From positions 160,001 through 224,000 of the forward strand of contig CAXXYE010000002.1 in assembly GCA_963674865.2 (NCBI GenBank): a DNA stretch of 64,000 nucleotides, in the 5' to 3' direction. The notes below the pieces were generated by a model. It worked only from the letters and a program-made list of their open reading frames with translations, did not search any database and was not told the origin of the DNA. This DNA is from Candidatus Hydrogenedentota bacterium. GTDB lineage: Bacteria; Hydrogenedentota; Hydrogenedentia; Hydrogenedentales; SLHB01. The position numbers and the translations under genes are program-made. Below are positions 10,012 through 19,738 of the stretch, piece by piece; the first letter of the stretch is position 1, and each line of letters starts with the position of its first letter.

Positions 10012-10593
10012 CTAAGCCTCGAAGGTGTGGGACACCCCATGGATCAGAGCCGGCAAGTCCAATTCGACTGAGATGGACGGCTCCATTTTCCGACGGGGCC
10101 TATATCGGATATCTGAATCCTGAAATGCGCCGACAATGCCCTCCCGGTCCCGCAAACCGAGCGCAAGAGCAGCCTCTACCCGCTGGCGCAGACGGGCATC
10201 TGCCTCCATGGGTATCAGGAACAGCCTCATCGCCCCGAAAAGGCTGTGCACTGCCGCGCTGAGTTCAGGATACCGGGCGAGGAAATCGCCAATTGTGTTC
10301 CGGGAGTCAGAGCGCCACATGCCATCCCAAAGTAACACCTTCTCACCTCTCGAGAACGCTGCCGGCTCCCAGATGCGGTATCGGCCGGTGAGGTAACTCT
10401 CGGCGTGCTCGGAAAGGCGCTCGGTGAAAGAGCGCCCGGTCTCGCCGACATAGTAGACCAGGTAGCCTTCACGATACGGTATCGTCCAAAGATAGATACC
10501 GGCCACGTCCCGGCCCGCATCAAAGACACAGGCCGGGCCCGATGTCCAGGTATAGGGACCGGAGCATTTCAGATGAAGAGACGATGCGGTCAT
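10012..10593 (-). CDS. GIY-YIG nuclease-like protein
   Basis: GIYLW...YYVGET...ERLSEH with a downstream Glu (RVEAAL). Confidence 0.7.
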   Translation of the reverse strand: MTASSLHLKCSGPYTWTSGPACVFDAGRDVAGIYLWTIPYREGYLVYYVGETGRSFTERLSEHAESYLTGRYRIWEPAAFSRGEKVLLWDGMWRSDSRNTIGDFLARYPELSAAVHSLFGAMRLFLIPMEADARLRQRVEAALALGLRDREGIVGAFQDSDIRYRPRRKMEPSISVELDLPALIHGVSHTFEA

Positions 10594-11305
10594 TGTATAG
10601 CCCCAGCGCTGGAACGTCAGGTCGATGACCTGGATCACGCTTAGCATAACCATGCCGGCAAACGGTTGTCCACAGGGCTGTGTTTTGCTGCGTCTTTGCA
10701 GGCTTCTTCATGGAAAAGTGACGCTAACGCGTGTGGCGTTTACAAGGGCCAGAATCGGGTCGAATATGGGGCAGGCAATGACCCCAGAAACGGCCGTCGC
10801 CTCCCGCGTATGCGGGCGCTGACGACCGATCCCGCTTAAGCTCTTACAAAGAAAGGTTTTGGGCGAGCAGAAACTCCCTTCATTGGGTTGGTTTACTGAC
10901 AACAAATGACTACATCCTTGCGTTGGTCTCTTAATGGGGCAACCATCCTTATGTGGTTCATCTACAGATCAGCCGGCCTACTGTGCGGGAGGGCCGCCGA
11001 ACGGTCGTCCAGCCTGGCGCCAGCCTCTAGATGGCACAGGGTGCACAGACCGGGCACGAAGCAAACCATGCCTCCCTCAACTTCGAGTAGTCGGTGACCT
11101 GGACCTAGAGAAAGGCCCTTTCTTGGCCTGCTTGGGCCTGGCAAACAAAGAAGCACTACGCTCCAGCACGCCCAAGATAACGCTCAAGTGCCTTTAGCAT
11201 AATTACTTAGATGAGCCAACCTCGAGCCTCAGTCGCTGGGTCTTCAGAGGCCTCGCCCTTCGGTCTGACTCTTAGAGGCTTATAGAAGAGCAAGTACTTG
11301 TGCTC

Positions 11306-11393
11306 GCCGGCAAACCTGCCGGCAAAAGCCGACACGACTTGACAAGGCCTGGCAAAATGTTGTAGTCTCGCATTAGCCGGCAAACTTGCCGGC
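11306..11393 (+). promoter_or_regulatory. brxA promoter (TTGACA-N18-TAGTCT) flanked by two 18-bp palindromic operator-like sites
   Basis: GCCGGCAAACCTGCCGGC at 11306-11323 and GCCGGCAAACTTGCCGGC at 11376-11393; -35 at 11339-11344; -10 at 11363-11368. Confidence 0.65.
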
Positions 11394-11412
11394 GACGGAA
11401 AGGTCTTTTGAA

Positions 11413-12198
11413 ATGCTGAATGTGAGATTCAATCCCGCTAACGCGGACATGGCCTCGGCTCATGAAGCGGGGTTCCGTTTCGGTGACAAAGGCACGCACA
11501 CGAGCCGCACGATGATGCTGGCTGAGGCGACGCACGTCCTGGACGCTAGGCCCATTGACGCTAGGCGAGACGATTACGCCACAGCCATCATTGAGGAGAA
11601 TTGCCTGGGGAAGCCGACGGCCTCCACGCGCCGACTGACCAACCAACGCCTCGGTGAGTTGTACGGCCTGGATCCCGCGATACCTCTGTTCCAGGTATTT
11701 CGGACGCTCTGGGAGAAGGACAGCCGCAGTCGGCCGCAGTTAGCCCTGTTGTGCGTCCTTGCCCGTGACCCGTTGCTGGCTGCAACGACAGATGCCGTCA
11801 TGCAACTCGAACCCGGGTCCGAGTTCCTTCGTGAGCCCATGAGGACGGGCATTCGTTCCGCAGTTGGCGACCGTCTCAATGACAGCACTTTGGATAAGGT
11901 CGTCCGAAACGCCGCGAGTTCGTGGACACAGAGCGGGCACCTTGAAGGCAGAGCGCTCAAGCGCCGCTGCCGCGTCACGCCCACTCCCACCAGCGTTGTG
12001 TTCGCACTCTACCTTGCCTATCAGGTCGGGTTTCGCGGGAAGGACCTCTTCAGTTCCGGGTGGGTTGCCGTGCTGGATTGCAGTGCTTCCCGCGCACAAG
12101 AGTTTGCGCTTGAGGCCAAGCGCCTTGGGCTTATTGACTTTCGTATGGCGGCGGACGTCGTCGAAATCAGTTTCAACCGGCTTGAGCAGCCCGTATAG
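11413..12198 (+). CDS. brxA: BREX protein BrxA
   Basis: First gene of the operon; GTHTSRT, NCLGK, RNAASSWTQSGHL motifs; lies before brxB. Confidence 0.8.
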   Translation: MLNVRFNPANADMASAHEAGFRFGDKGTHTSRTMMLAEATHVLDARPIDARRDDYATAIIEENCLGKPTASTRRLTNQRLGELYGLDPAIPLFQVFRTLWEKDSRSRPQLALLCVLARDPLLAATTDAVMQLEPGSEFLREPMRTGIRSAVGDRLNDSTLDKVVRNAASSWTQSGHLEGRALKRRCRVTPTPTSVVFALYLAYQVGFRGKDLFSSGWVAVLDCSASRAQEFALEAKRLGLIDFRMAADVVEISFNRLEQPV

Positions 12199-12209
12199 GG
12201 GGAGAGCCT

Positions 12210-12773
12210 ATGTCGCGCATTGAAGAACTGGCAGAACACTACGCGAAGCACATCGCCACGCCCTGGCAACGGACGGTGGCCGGGGCCCAGCGCGTAGTCA
12301 TGATTGTCTACAACAAGGAACTCGAGCGCACGCTAAGGGCTCGAAAGATGGCTTTCGAAAACGCGACGCGGCAGGCCGGCCACGACTGGCATGAAATCGA
12401 CGTCTCGGGTGCCTTCTCCCAATGGATGGCGAACGACGAATACCGCGATGCCTACTTCGAGTCCCCTGAGGATCTGCAGATCAAACTCGATGCCGAGTTT
12501 CCCGAGTTTCTCGCCGACTTGCTTCGTGACACGCTCACCAAGCCTGAAGTAACGGACAAGTCGGTTGTGGCCGTCTTCGGCCTCGGGGCACTGTTTGGAT
12601 TCACGCGTGTGTCCGAGGTATTGAAGCTTGTTGAAGGGGACATCCGGGGGCGACTGGTGCTCTTTTTCCCCGGACAGCTTGAGGGGAACAACTACCGCCT
12701 GCTCGATGCACGCGACGGATGGAACTACCTAGCCGTGCCGATCAGTCAGCATGGAGAAGGAGCCTGGGTATGA
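12210..12773 (+). CDS. brxB: BREX protein BrxB (DUF1788)
   Basis: GRLVLFFPG...YRLLDARDGWNYLA C-terminal motif; ATGA overlap with brxC. Confidence 0.9.
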   Translation: MSRIEELAEHYAKHIATPWQRTVAGAQRVVMIVYNKELERTLRARKMAFENATRQAGHDWHEIDVSGAFSQWMANDEYRDAYFESPEDLQIKLDAEFPEFLADLLRDTLTKPEVTDKSVVAVFGLGALFGFTRVSEVLKLVEGDIRGRLVLFFPGQLEGNNYRLLDARDGWNYLAVPISQHGEGAWV

Positions 12774-15700
12774 AGATCAAGGAAGTACTGCAACGCGACC
12801 CCGCCTCGCACGGCCTTGTGAACCAAGGCCAAGCACGCATCGTCGATGCACGAGGCGACCGTGCCATGAACGAGCTTCGGGGCGAGCTCTCCACGTTCGT
12901 CTGCGAGGGACAATATGCAGACGGTATTCAGCGGATCATCCGCTCGTTCCTCGACGACCTTACGCGAACGAGTCAAAAGGGCGCATGGGTCAGTGGCTTC
13001 TTTGGTAGCGGCAAATCCCACGTGCTCAAGATGCTCTGTCATCTCTGGCAAGACACGGAATTCCCCGACGGTGCCACCGCCCGCAGCCTGGTGCCCGTTA
13101 TGCCCGATGAATTGGTGGCACTCCTCCGCGAACTCGACACGGCAGGCAAGCGGGCCGGCGGTCTTGTTGCCGCGGCGGGGGCGCTTCCGAGCGGGACGAC
13201 GGAGAACGTTCGACTGACTATCCTCGGCATCCTTCTCCAGGCGGTTGGCCTTCCGGCGCAGTATCCACAGGCACAGTTCTGTCTCTGGCTGCATTCCCAG
13301 GGATACTTTGACCGGGTCAAGAGGGACGTCGAAGCCGCAGGTAAGGTCTTCGAACGTGAGCTCAACAACCTCTACGTCAGCGGCCCCATCGCGAAAGCGG
13401 TGATTGCGTGCGACGCCGATTTTGCCAGCAGCGAAGCCGAGGCGCGTAAGACTCTCCGAGCCCAATTCCCACCACAGTCGACGGACATATCGACGGAGGA
13501 GTTCTTGCGGACTGCCAAGGCAGCTCTCCTTCTTGCGGGGCGTGATGGCCGTATGCCGTGCACGGTCCTGGTGCTCGACGAGGTACAGCAGTTCATCGGC
13601 GATTCCACCGACCGCTCCGTCCTCGTCACTGAAGTTGCAGAGGCGGTCTCCAAGCAACTGGACAGTCATGTGATGGTTGTGGCCGCGGGTCAAAGCGCGC
13701 TCACCGACCAGGCCCTGCTCCAAAAGATGCTGGACCGCTTCACCATTCGCGTGCCTCTGTCAGATGCCGAAGTTGAAACGGTTACGCGCAAGGTGCTTCT
13801 CCAGAAGAAGCCGTCAGCGGTTGCGGACGTGCACAAGGTCCTTGATGACCATGCCGGCGAGGTCTCCCGGCACCTTCAGGGCACCAAGATTGCCGAACGC
13901 ACCGAGGACCACAAGGTAATCGCCGAGGACTATCCCCTCCTCCCGGTGCGTCGGCGTTTCTGGGAACAGTGTTTTCGGCAGATTGATGCCGCCGGCACCC
14001 ACAGTCAGCTTCGATCTCAACTCCGTATCATCCACGACGCCGTGGCCAAGTTGTCGGACAAGGCACTCGGCTCAGTCGTGCCGGCCGACGAACTATACGA
14101 GGCTCTGGCGCCGGAGATGATCAACACCGGCGTACTCCTCCGTGAAATCAACGAGCGCATCATCCAATTGGGTGAAAGCGAGGGGAAGCTGGCCCGGCGT
14201 GTGTGTGGACTAGTGTTTCTCATTGGCAAGGTACGCCGGGAGGACACCGGCGACATTGGCGTCCGGGCGTCGAAGGAGCACATTGCCGACCTTCTCGTCG
14301 AGGACCTTACCGCGGACAACGGGAAGCTGCGCGCGGATGTCGAGGAGATCCTCGACAAGCTCACGGCTGACGGTGCCCTTCTGAAAGTCGGTGATGAATA
14401 CCGGCTCCAGACCCGGGAAGGCAGCGAATGGGACCAGGAATTCCGCAACCGGCAGACTAAACTGCGCAACGATGCCGCCTCGATCCAGTTCAAGCACGAC
14501 CAGCTTCTCTATGCCGAACTGGACAAAGCCGTTCGGTCCATCAAGCTGCTTCAGGGCGACGCTAGAGAGGCGCGCACTTTGGCCGTGCATCGCGAACAGA
14601 CTCCACCGCCCAGCGACGGGCAGTCCATTCCGGTGTGGATTCGTGACGGATGGTCTTGCAAGGAAAAGGAACACGTCGACGCCGCAAGAATCGCCGGCGC
14701 GGACAATCCGACCATTTTTGTGTTTGTGCCGCGCCAATCCGCGGACGACCTAAGGCGGCTCATTGTCGAGGCCGCGGCCGCCCAGGAGACGCTCGACACC
14801 AAGGGCAGTCCGACAACGGATGAGGGTCAGGAGGCGCGGCAGAGCATGGAAAGCCGCCGGGCCCGGGCCGTTACGGAGCGTGACCGGCTCATCCAGGCCG
14901 TCGTCGCCAATGCGAAAGTCTTCCAGGGCGGCGGCAACGAAGTCTTCAGTGTTGAGCTTGTAGACAAACTGCGAGAGGCGGCCGAAGCCAGTCTGGTGCG
15001 CTTGTTCCCCCGCTTCAAGGAGGCGGATTCGAAGGCCTGGCCGTCGGTGATCAAACGCGCCAGGGATGGAGCGGAACATCCTTTCGAACCCACCGGCCAC
15101 ACCGACGCCACCGAAAAGCACCCCGTGTGCCAGCAGGTGATAGCCAGCATCGGCGCCGGGAACACGGGCAACGAGATTCGAAAACAGTTGCGGAGCAGCC
15201 CTTTTGGATGGCCGCAGGACGCCATTGACGCGGCGCTCATAGCCCTCCACCGCGTGCAGCACATCAACGCCACGCTGAATGGCGCTCCGGTCGCGCCAGG
15301 GCAACTGGATCAGAACAAGATATCGAAGGCCGAGTTCCGTGTTGAACAGGCCACGCTGTCCGTGCAGGACCGGCTCGTGCTGCGAAAGCTGTACCAGGCG
15401 GCGGGCATGACGTGTAAGAGCGGCGAAGAAGGAACGAAAGCACCCGAGTTCCTGGCCAGAATGCAGGACCTTGCGCGGTCCGCTGGCGGGAGTCCACCCC
15501 TTCCCGCGATCTCCGGCACGACGGACCTGGAGGACATTGAGAAGCTCGTAGGGAATGAACAACTCGTCGCCATCAAGGATAAGGCGAAGAACATCGAACA
15601 ACGCATCAAGCAATGGGCGGAGTTGCGCGACCTGGCGCAGGAGCGGCTGCCGAAATGGGAACTGGCCAATCGTCTGGCGCGGCATGCTCAGGGATTACCG

Positions 15701-16219
15701 GAAGCAGAACCGCATCGGGAACAATTGGATGCGATTCGCGACGGACGCCAATTGCTGGGGGCTTCGGACCCCGTCACGCCCCAGTGTAAGGCGCTTGCGG
15801 ACCTATTGCGGAAGAAGGTGAAGGGGCTCCAGGCCGAGCACGAGAAGGCGCACAAACAGGCCCAGGATACGCTCAAGGCCAATGATTCGTGGCAGCAATT
15901 GGACGCCACTGAAAAGCAGACCGTGCTCGGGGAAGTTGGGCTTTCGGATCCCGCGAAACCCGACGTGTCGAGTGACGACAAACTTGCCGGCCACCTCGAG
16001 ACGAGACCGTTGTCCGCGGCGCAGGCCGAGATTGCAGCCGTGTCGTCGCGCATGAGTCAGGCCATTCAGAAGGCTGCGAAACGTCTCGAGCCCGAAGTGC
16101 AGACCCTTACGCTTGAGAAGGTGACGTTGCGGACAGAGGCGGATGTCGATACGTGGCTGGATCGGCAGAAGAAACGCGTACTGGACGCCCTGAAAAAGGG
16201 CCCCGTGCTGATTGACTGA
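12770..16219 (+). CDS. brxC: BREX P-loop ATPase BrxC
   Basis: WVSGFFGSGKSH Walker A; LVLDEVQQ Walker B; PFGWPQDA motif; about 1150 aa. Confidence 0.93.
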   Translation: MKIKEVLQRDPASHGLVNQGQARIVDARGDRAMNELRGELSTFVCEGQYADGIQRIIRSFLDDLTRTSQKGAWVSGFFGSGKSHVLKMLCHLWQDTEFPDGATARSLVPVMPDELVALLRELDTAGKRAGGLVAAAGALPSGTTENVRLTILGILLQAVGLPAQYPQAQFCLWLHSQGYFDRVKRDVEAAGKVFERELNNLYVSGPIAKAVIACDADFASSEAEARKTLRAQFPPQSTDISTEEFLRTAKAALLLAGRDGRMPCTVLVLDEVQQFIGDSTDRSVLVTEVAEAVSKQLDSHVMVVAAGQSALTDQALLQKMLDRFTIRVPLSDAEVETVTRKVLLQKKPSAVADVHKVLDDHAGEVSRHLQGTKIAERTEDHKVIAEDYPLLPVRRRFWEQCFRQIDAAGTHSQLRSQLRIIHDAVAKLSDKALGSVVPADELYEALAPEMINTGVLLREINERIIQLGESEGKLARRVCGLVFLIGKVRREDTGDIGVRASKEHIADLLVEDLTADNGKLRADVEEILDKLTADGALLKVGDEYRLQTREGSEWDQEFRNRQTKLRNDAASIQFKHDQLLYAELDKAVRSIKLLQGDAREARTLAVHREQTPPPSDGQSIPVWIRDGWSCKEKEHVDAARIAGADNPTIFVFVPRQSADDLRRLIVEAAAAQETLDTKGSPTTDEGQEARQSMESRRARAVTERDRLIQAVVANAKVFQGGGNEVFSVELVDKLREAAEASLVRLFPRFKEADSKAWPSVIKRARDGAEHPFEPTGHTDATEKHPVCQQVIASIGAGNTGNEIRKQLRSSPFGWPQDAIDAALIALHRVQHINATLNGAPVAPGQLDQNKISKAEFRVEQATLSVQDRLVLRKLYQAAGMTCKSGEEGTKAPEFLARMQDLARSAGGSPPLPAISGTTDLEDIEKLVGNEQLVAIKDKAKNIEQRIKQWAELRDLAQERLPKWELANRLARHAQGLPEAEPHREQLDAIRDGRQLLGASDPVTPQCKALADLLRKKVKGLQAEHEKAHKQAQDTLKANDSWQQLDATEKQTVLGEVGLSDPAKPDVSSDDKLAGHLETRPLSAAQAEIAAVSSRMSQAIQKAAKRLEPEVQTLTLEKVTLRTEADVDTWLDRQKKRVLDALKKGPVLID

Positions 16220-16230
16220 GGGGATCTCTA

Positions 16231-19200
16231 ATGGCATCGCTGGACCGCACACTACGACGACAACTGGAAAACACGGTGAAGCAGGCCAGGCGCGTGGCAG
16301 AGGCCGGTGCGCGGAAGACCCTGGAATCGCTAGCCGTTCACCATCACGAGCCTCATTCGAGTATGTCCTCAGAGCAAAGGGCGTTGCGGAACCGGCTGCG
16401 CGCCCATGGCCGTCAACTGGGCGACCGCCGCGACGAGCGGCGCGGTACTCAAAGCATAGACCGCCTCGTCGGCGAGTGCGCGTACGAGCACTGGCACCGC
16501 ATGCTTTTTGCCCGGTTTCTCGCCGAGAACGATCTGCTCATCGAACCGGAGAGTGGTGTTGCTATCACGCTGGAAGAGTGCCGGGAACTGGCGCGTGACC
16601 AGGCTCTGGATTGGCTAGAACTCGCCAGTAGCTATGCCGTCCGCATGCTGCAAGAGGTCTTCCGGGCCGATGACCCCGTGCTCGAAGTAGTGTTGGCGCT
16701 TGAGACCCGGTCGGAACTTGAGGACTTGCTGAAGTCGCTGCCAAGTGACGTTTTCCTCGCCGATGACAGCCTCGGCTGGTGTTATCAATTCTGGCAGGCG
16801 GAACGTAAGGACGAAGTCAACGCCTCCGGTAACAAGATCGGCGCGGAAGAACTGCCAGCAGTCACGCAGTTGTTCACCGAAGATTACATGGTGGACTTCT
16901 TGCTCGATAACACACTCGGTGCATGGCACGCGGGCAAGGTTCTCACCGCTAAGCCCGCGCTGGCCGAGACGGCACAGGGCGAGGAGGAACTTCGTGACGC
17001 CGCGGCACTGCCTGGATGTCCGTGGAAGTACTTGCGTTTCATCAAAGGCGAGGATGGCAAGTGGACTCCCGCATCCGGCACCTTCGAAGGTTGGCCAAAG
17101 CTAACGCACGAACTCAAGTGCCTCGACCCGTGCATGGGCAGCGGGCATTTTGTCGTGGCGATGTTTCAAAGATTGGTGGCATTGCGCCTGGGGGAGGAAA
17201 GCCTGGACGAAGCGGCGGCGGTGGCGGCGGTGATCAACGACAACCTGTTCGGTTTGGAGATTGACCCGCGCTGCACACAGATTGGCGCGTTCAACTTGGC
17301 GCTGGCGGCGTGGCGGCGCGTGGGGTATCACCGATTGCCCGCGATGAAAATCGCATGTTCGGGCATCGCACCAAACGCCAAGCGCGAGGATTGGCTGGAA
17401 CTAACCGAAGAAGCGCCCAATCTGCGCTTTCAGATGGGCGCGCTATACGACCTGTTTGGGAAAGCCCCCATCCTCGGAAGCCTAATTAATCCGAGCGTTG
17501 ACGAGGCCGTAACTTACGGCGGCGCACTACGTGATCTCAAGCCACTTCTGGAAAAGGCGAAATTGCAGGAGACCAAGGATGACACCGAGCATGAAATGGC
17601 TGTGACCGCGCACGGCTTGTTCAAGGCGGCCGAGATTCTCTCCGGCCAGTTTACGCTCGTCACTACCAATGTCCCTTACTTGGGACGTAGAAAGCAGGAT
17701 CAAGTATTGCAGGACTACTGTGATCGAGCTTATGAAGAAGCCAAAGCAGACCTTGCAACATGCTTTGTCCGACGTTGCTTGGAATTTTGTGCCTCAAACG
17801 GTAGCGCGGCACTAGTAACACCCCAGAACTGGCTGTTTCTCAAGACTTACCAGAAGCTCCGGAAGAATCTCTTAAATCAGGCTAAATGGGATTATATTGC
17901 TCGGCTTGGCCCAAAGTGCTTTAAGACTCCGATGTGGGACTTCAACGTAGCGCTCTTGTCACTCACTGCAGATGAGCCACGGGACGAAGACAGGTACTCA
18001 GGAATTGACGTCGGAACAGAAAAGAACCCAGCCCTAAAGGCGAAGAGTCTGGAGTCCAAAACTCCTATCAGTGTCCTGCAAAAGGACCAGCTAAACAACC
18101 CAGACTCTCGGATAACGCTGGGTGAGAATGTAGAAACTGCTCTATTAAAAGTCGTCGCCGGTTCGACCGCAGGAATGTTGACCGGAGATGGAAATCATTT
18201 CTGCCGGAGTTTTTGGGAACCGATCGAGATTTCGCCGAATTGGGAGTTTCTGCAAAGCACGGTAAGCAAATCTATCCTGTGTGGGGGGCGTTCTCAATTG
18301 GTTCTCTGGGAAAATGGCAAGGGCCAGCTCTATGAGTATGCGGAGAGCGTCAAACACCTCAATACAGCCGTTCAAAGATGGCGCACCGGTCAAGAAGTTT
18401 GGGGGAAATGCGGCGTGGTTGTCAGTTGTATGGGGGGGTTGGATTGCACTTTGTATCAAGGAGATCGTTATGACAACAATGTGGGGGTCATCGTTCCATT
18501 CGAGCAATCACACTTGCCAGCTATTTGGGCCTTCTGCTCGTCCCCGCAGTTCGCAATTGAACTAAGACGTATCGATCAAAAAGTAAATGTCACGGCGGCT
18601 ACATTTGTCAAGGTCCCATTCGACCTTGCTCATTGGCAGAAAGTAGCAACCGAGCAATATCCAAATGGTCTCGCCGAACCATACTCCAACGATCCGACAC
18701 AGTGGGTATTCCACGGCCACCCCTGCGCCAGTGTGCTTTGGAACGAAGAGAAAAAACACATCGAGGTAGCCTCTACTCCTCGCACGGACGTGGCCGTGCT
18801 GCAAGTAGCCGTGGCGCGGTTGCTGGGTTACCGCTGGCCGGCGGAGAAGGACGGCGAGATGCGATTGTCGGCTGAGTCACGCAAGTTGGTGGCCCGGTGC
18901 ACGGAGTTACACCACTTCGCGGACGCCGATGGTATCGTGTGCCTGAGCCCCATCCACAAGGAACATCCCGCCTCTCAACGGTTGACTGAACTTCTTGCCG
19001 CAACCTACGGCGAGGATTGGTCCGCCGCCCGGCTCAATGAACTCCTCGCCGCCGCGGACTGCAAAGGCAAGACCCTCGACGACTGGTTGCGGGACAAGTC
19101 TTTCGAACAGCACGTCGGCCTTTTCCACCACCGTCCCTTCATTTGGCACATCTGGGACGGACTCCTCGACGGCTTCAATGCGCTGGTGAATTACCACAAG

Positions 19201-19734
19201 CTCGCCGCGCCGAACGGCGAAGGCCGGCGCACACTCGAGAAACTCATCTACACCTACCTCGGTGACTGGATAGCACAACAGCGCCGGGACCAACAGGCCG
19301 AGGTGGAAGGCGCGGACGCCCGCCTGGCCGCAGCGCTCCACTTGCAGGACGAACTGAAGAAGATCCTCGAAGGCGAACCGCCTTACGACATCTTCGTCCG
19401 CTGGAAGCCGCTGCACGAACAACCCATTGGCTGGGACCCGGACATCAACGACGGTGTCCGGCTAAACATCCGCCCATTCATGATGGCGCGTCCCCTCAAC
19501 GCGCGGGCAAAGAACGCCTGCATCCTCCGCACCACGCCCAAGAACATCAAGTGGAAGAAGGACCGCGGCAAAGAGCCCGAACGCCCCAAAGAAGACTATC
19601 CGTGGTTCTGGGGCTGGGATGAGAAGGCCCAGGATTTCGCTGGCGGCAGCAGATTCGACGGTAATCGCTGGAACGACCTCCACTACACCAACGCATTCAA
19701 ACAAGCGGCCCGCGACCAGAAGAAGAAGGGCTAG
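16231..19734 (+). CDS. pglX: BREX adenine methyltransferase PglX (BrxX)
   Basis: AVTQLFTE, LDPCMGSGHF (SAM binding), TNVPY (motif IV), DINDGVRLNIRPF. Confidence 0.93.
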   Translation: MASLDRTLRRQLENTVKQARRVAEAGARKTLESLAVHHHEPHSSMSSEQRALRNRLRAHGRQLGDRRDERRGTQSIDRLVGECAYEHWHRMLFARFLAENDLLIEPESGVAITLEECRELARDQALDWLELASSYAVRMLQEVFRADDPVLEVVLALETRSELEDLLKSLPSDVFLADDSLGWCYQFWQAERKDEVNASGNKIGAEELPAVTQLFTEDYMVDFLLDNTLGAWHAGKVLTAKPALAETAQGEEELRDAAALPGCPWKYLRFIKGEDGKWTPASGTFEGWPKLTHELKCLDPCMGSGHFVVAMFQRLVALRLGEESLDEAAAVAAVINDNLFGLEIDPRCTQIGAFNLALAAWRRVGYHRLPAMKIACSGIAPNAKREDWLELTEEAPNLRFQMGALYDLFGKAPILGSLINPSVDEAVTYGGALRDLKPLLEKAKLQETKDDTEHEMAVTAHGLFKAAEILSGQFTLVTTNVPYLGRRKQDQVLQDYCDRAYEEAKADLATCFVRRCLEFCASNGSAALVTPQNWLFLKTYQKLRKNLLNQAKWDYIARLGPKCFKTPMWDFNVALLSLTADEPRDEDRYSGIDVGTEKNPALKAKSLESKTPISVLQKDQLNNPDSRITLGENVETALLKVVAGSTAGMLTGDGNHFCRSFWEPIEISPNWEFLQSTVSKSILCGGRSQLVLWENGKGQLYEYAESVKHLNTAVQRWRTGQEVWGKCGVVVSCMGGLDCTLYQGDRYDNNVGVIVPFEQSHLPAIWAFCSSPQFAIELRRIDQKVNVTAATFVKVPFDLAHWQKVATEQYPNGLAEPYSNDPTQWVFHGHPCASVLWNEEKKHIEVASTPRTDVAVLQVAVARLLGYRWPAEKDGEMRLSAESRKLVARCTELHHFADADGIVCLSPIHKEHPASQRLTELLAATYGEDWSAARLNELLAAADCKGKTLDDWLRDKSFEQHVGLFHHRPFIWHIWDGLLDGFNALVNYHKLAAPNGEGRRTLEKLIYTYLGDWIAQQRRDQQAEVEGADARLAAALHLQDELKKILEGEPPYDIFVRWKPLHEQPIGWDPDINDGVRLNIRPFMMARPLNARAKNACILRTTPKNIKWKKDRGKEPERPKEDYPWFWGWDEKAQDFAGGSRFDGNRWNDLHYTNAFKQAARDQKKKG

Positions 19735-19738
19735 GATC

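Noticed and set aside
11028..11039. TAGATGGCACAG identical to 31411-31422
   Set aside because: A single 12-bp match lacking the palindromic left half; could be chance
10654..11412. BrxR/WYL regulator gene or att duplicate upstream of brxA
   Set aside because: Only short motif-less ORFs, and no match to the tRNA-Pro 3' end was seen
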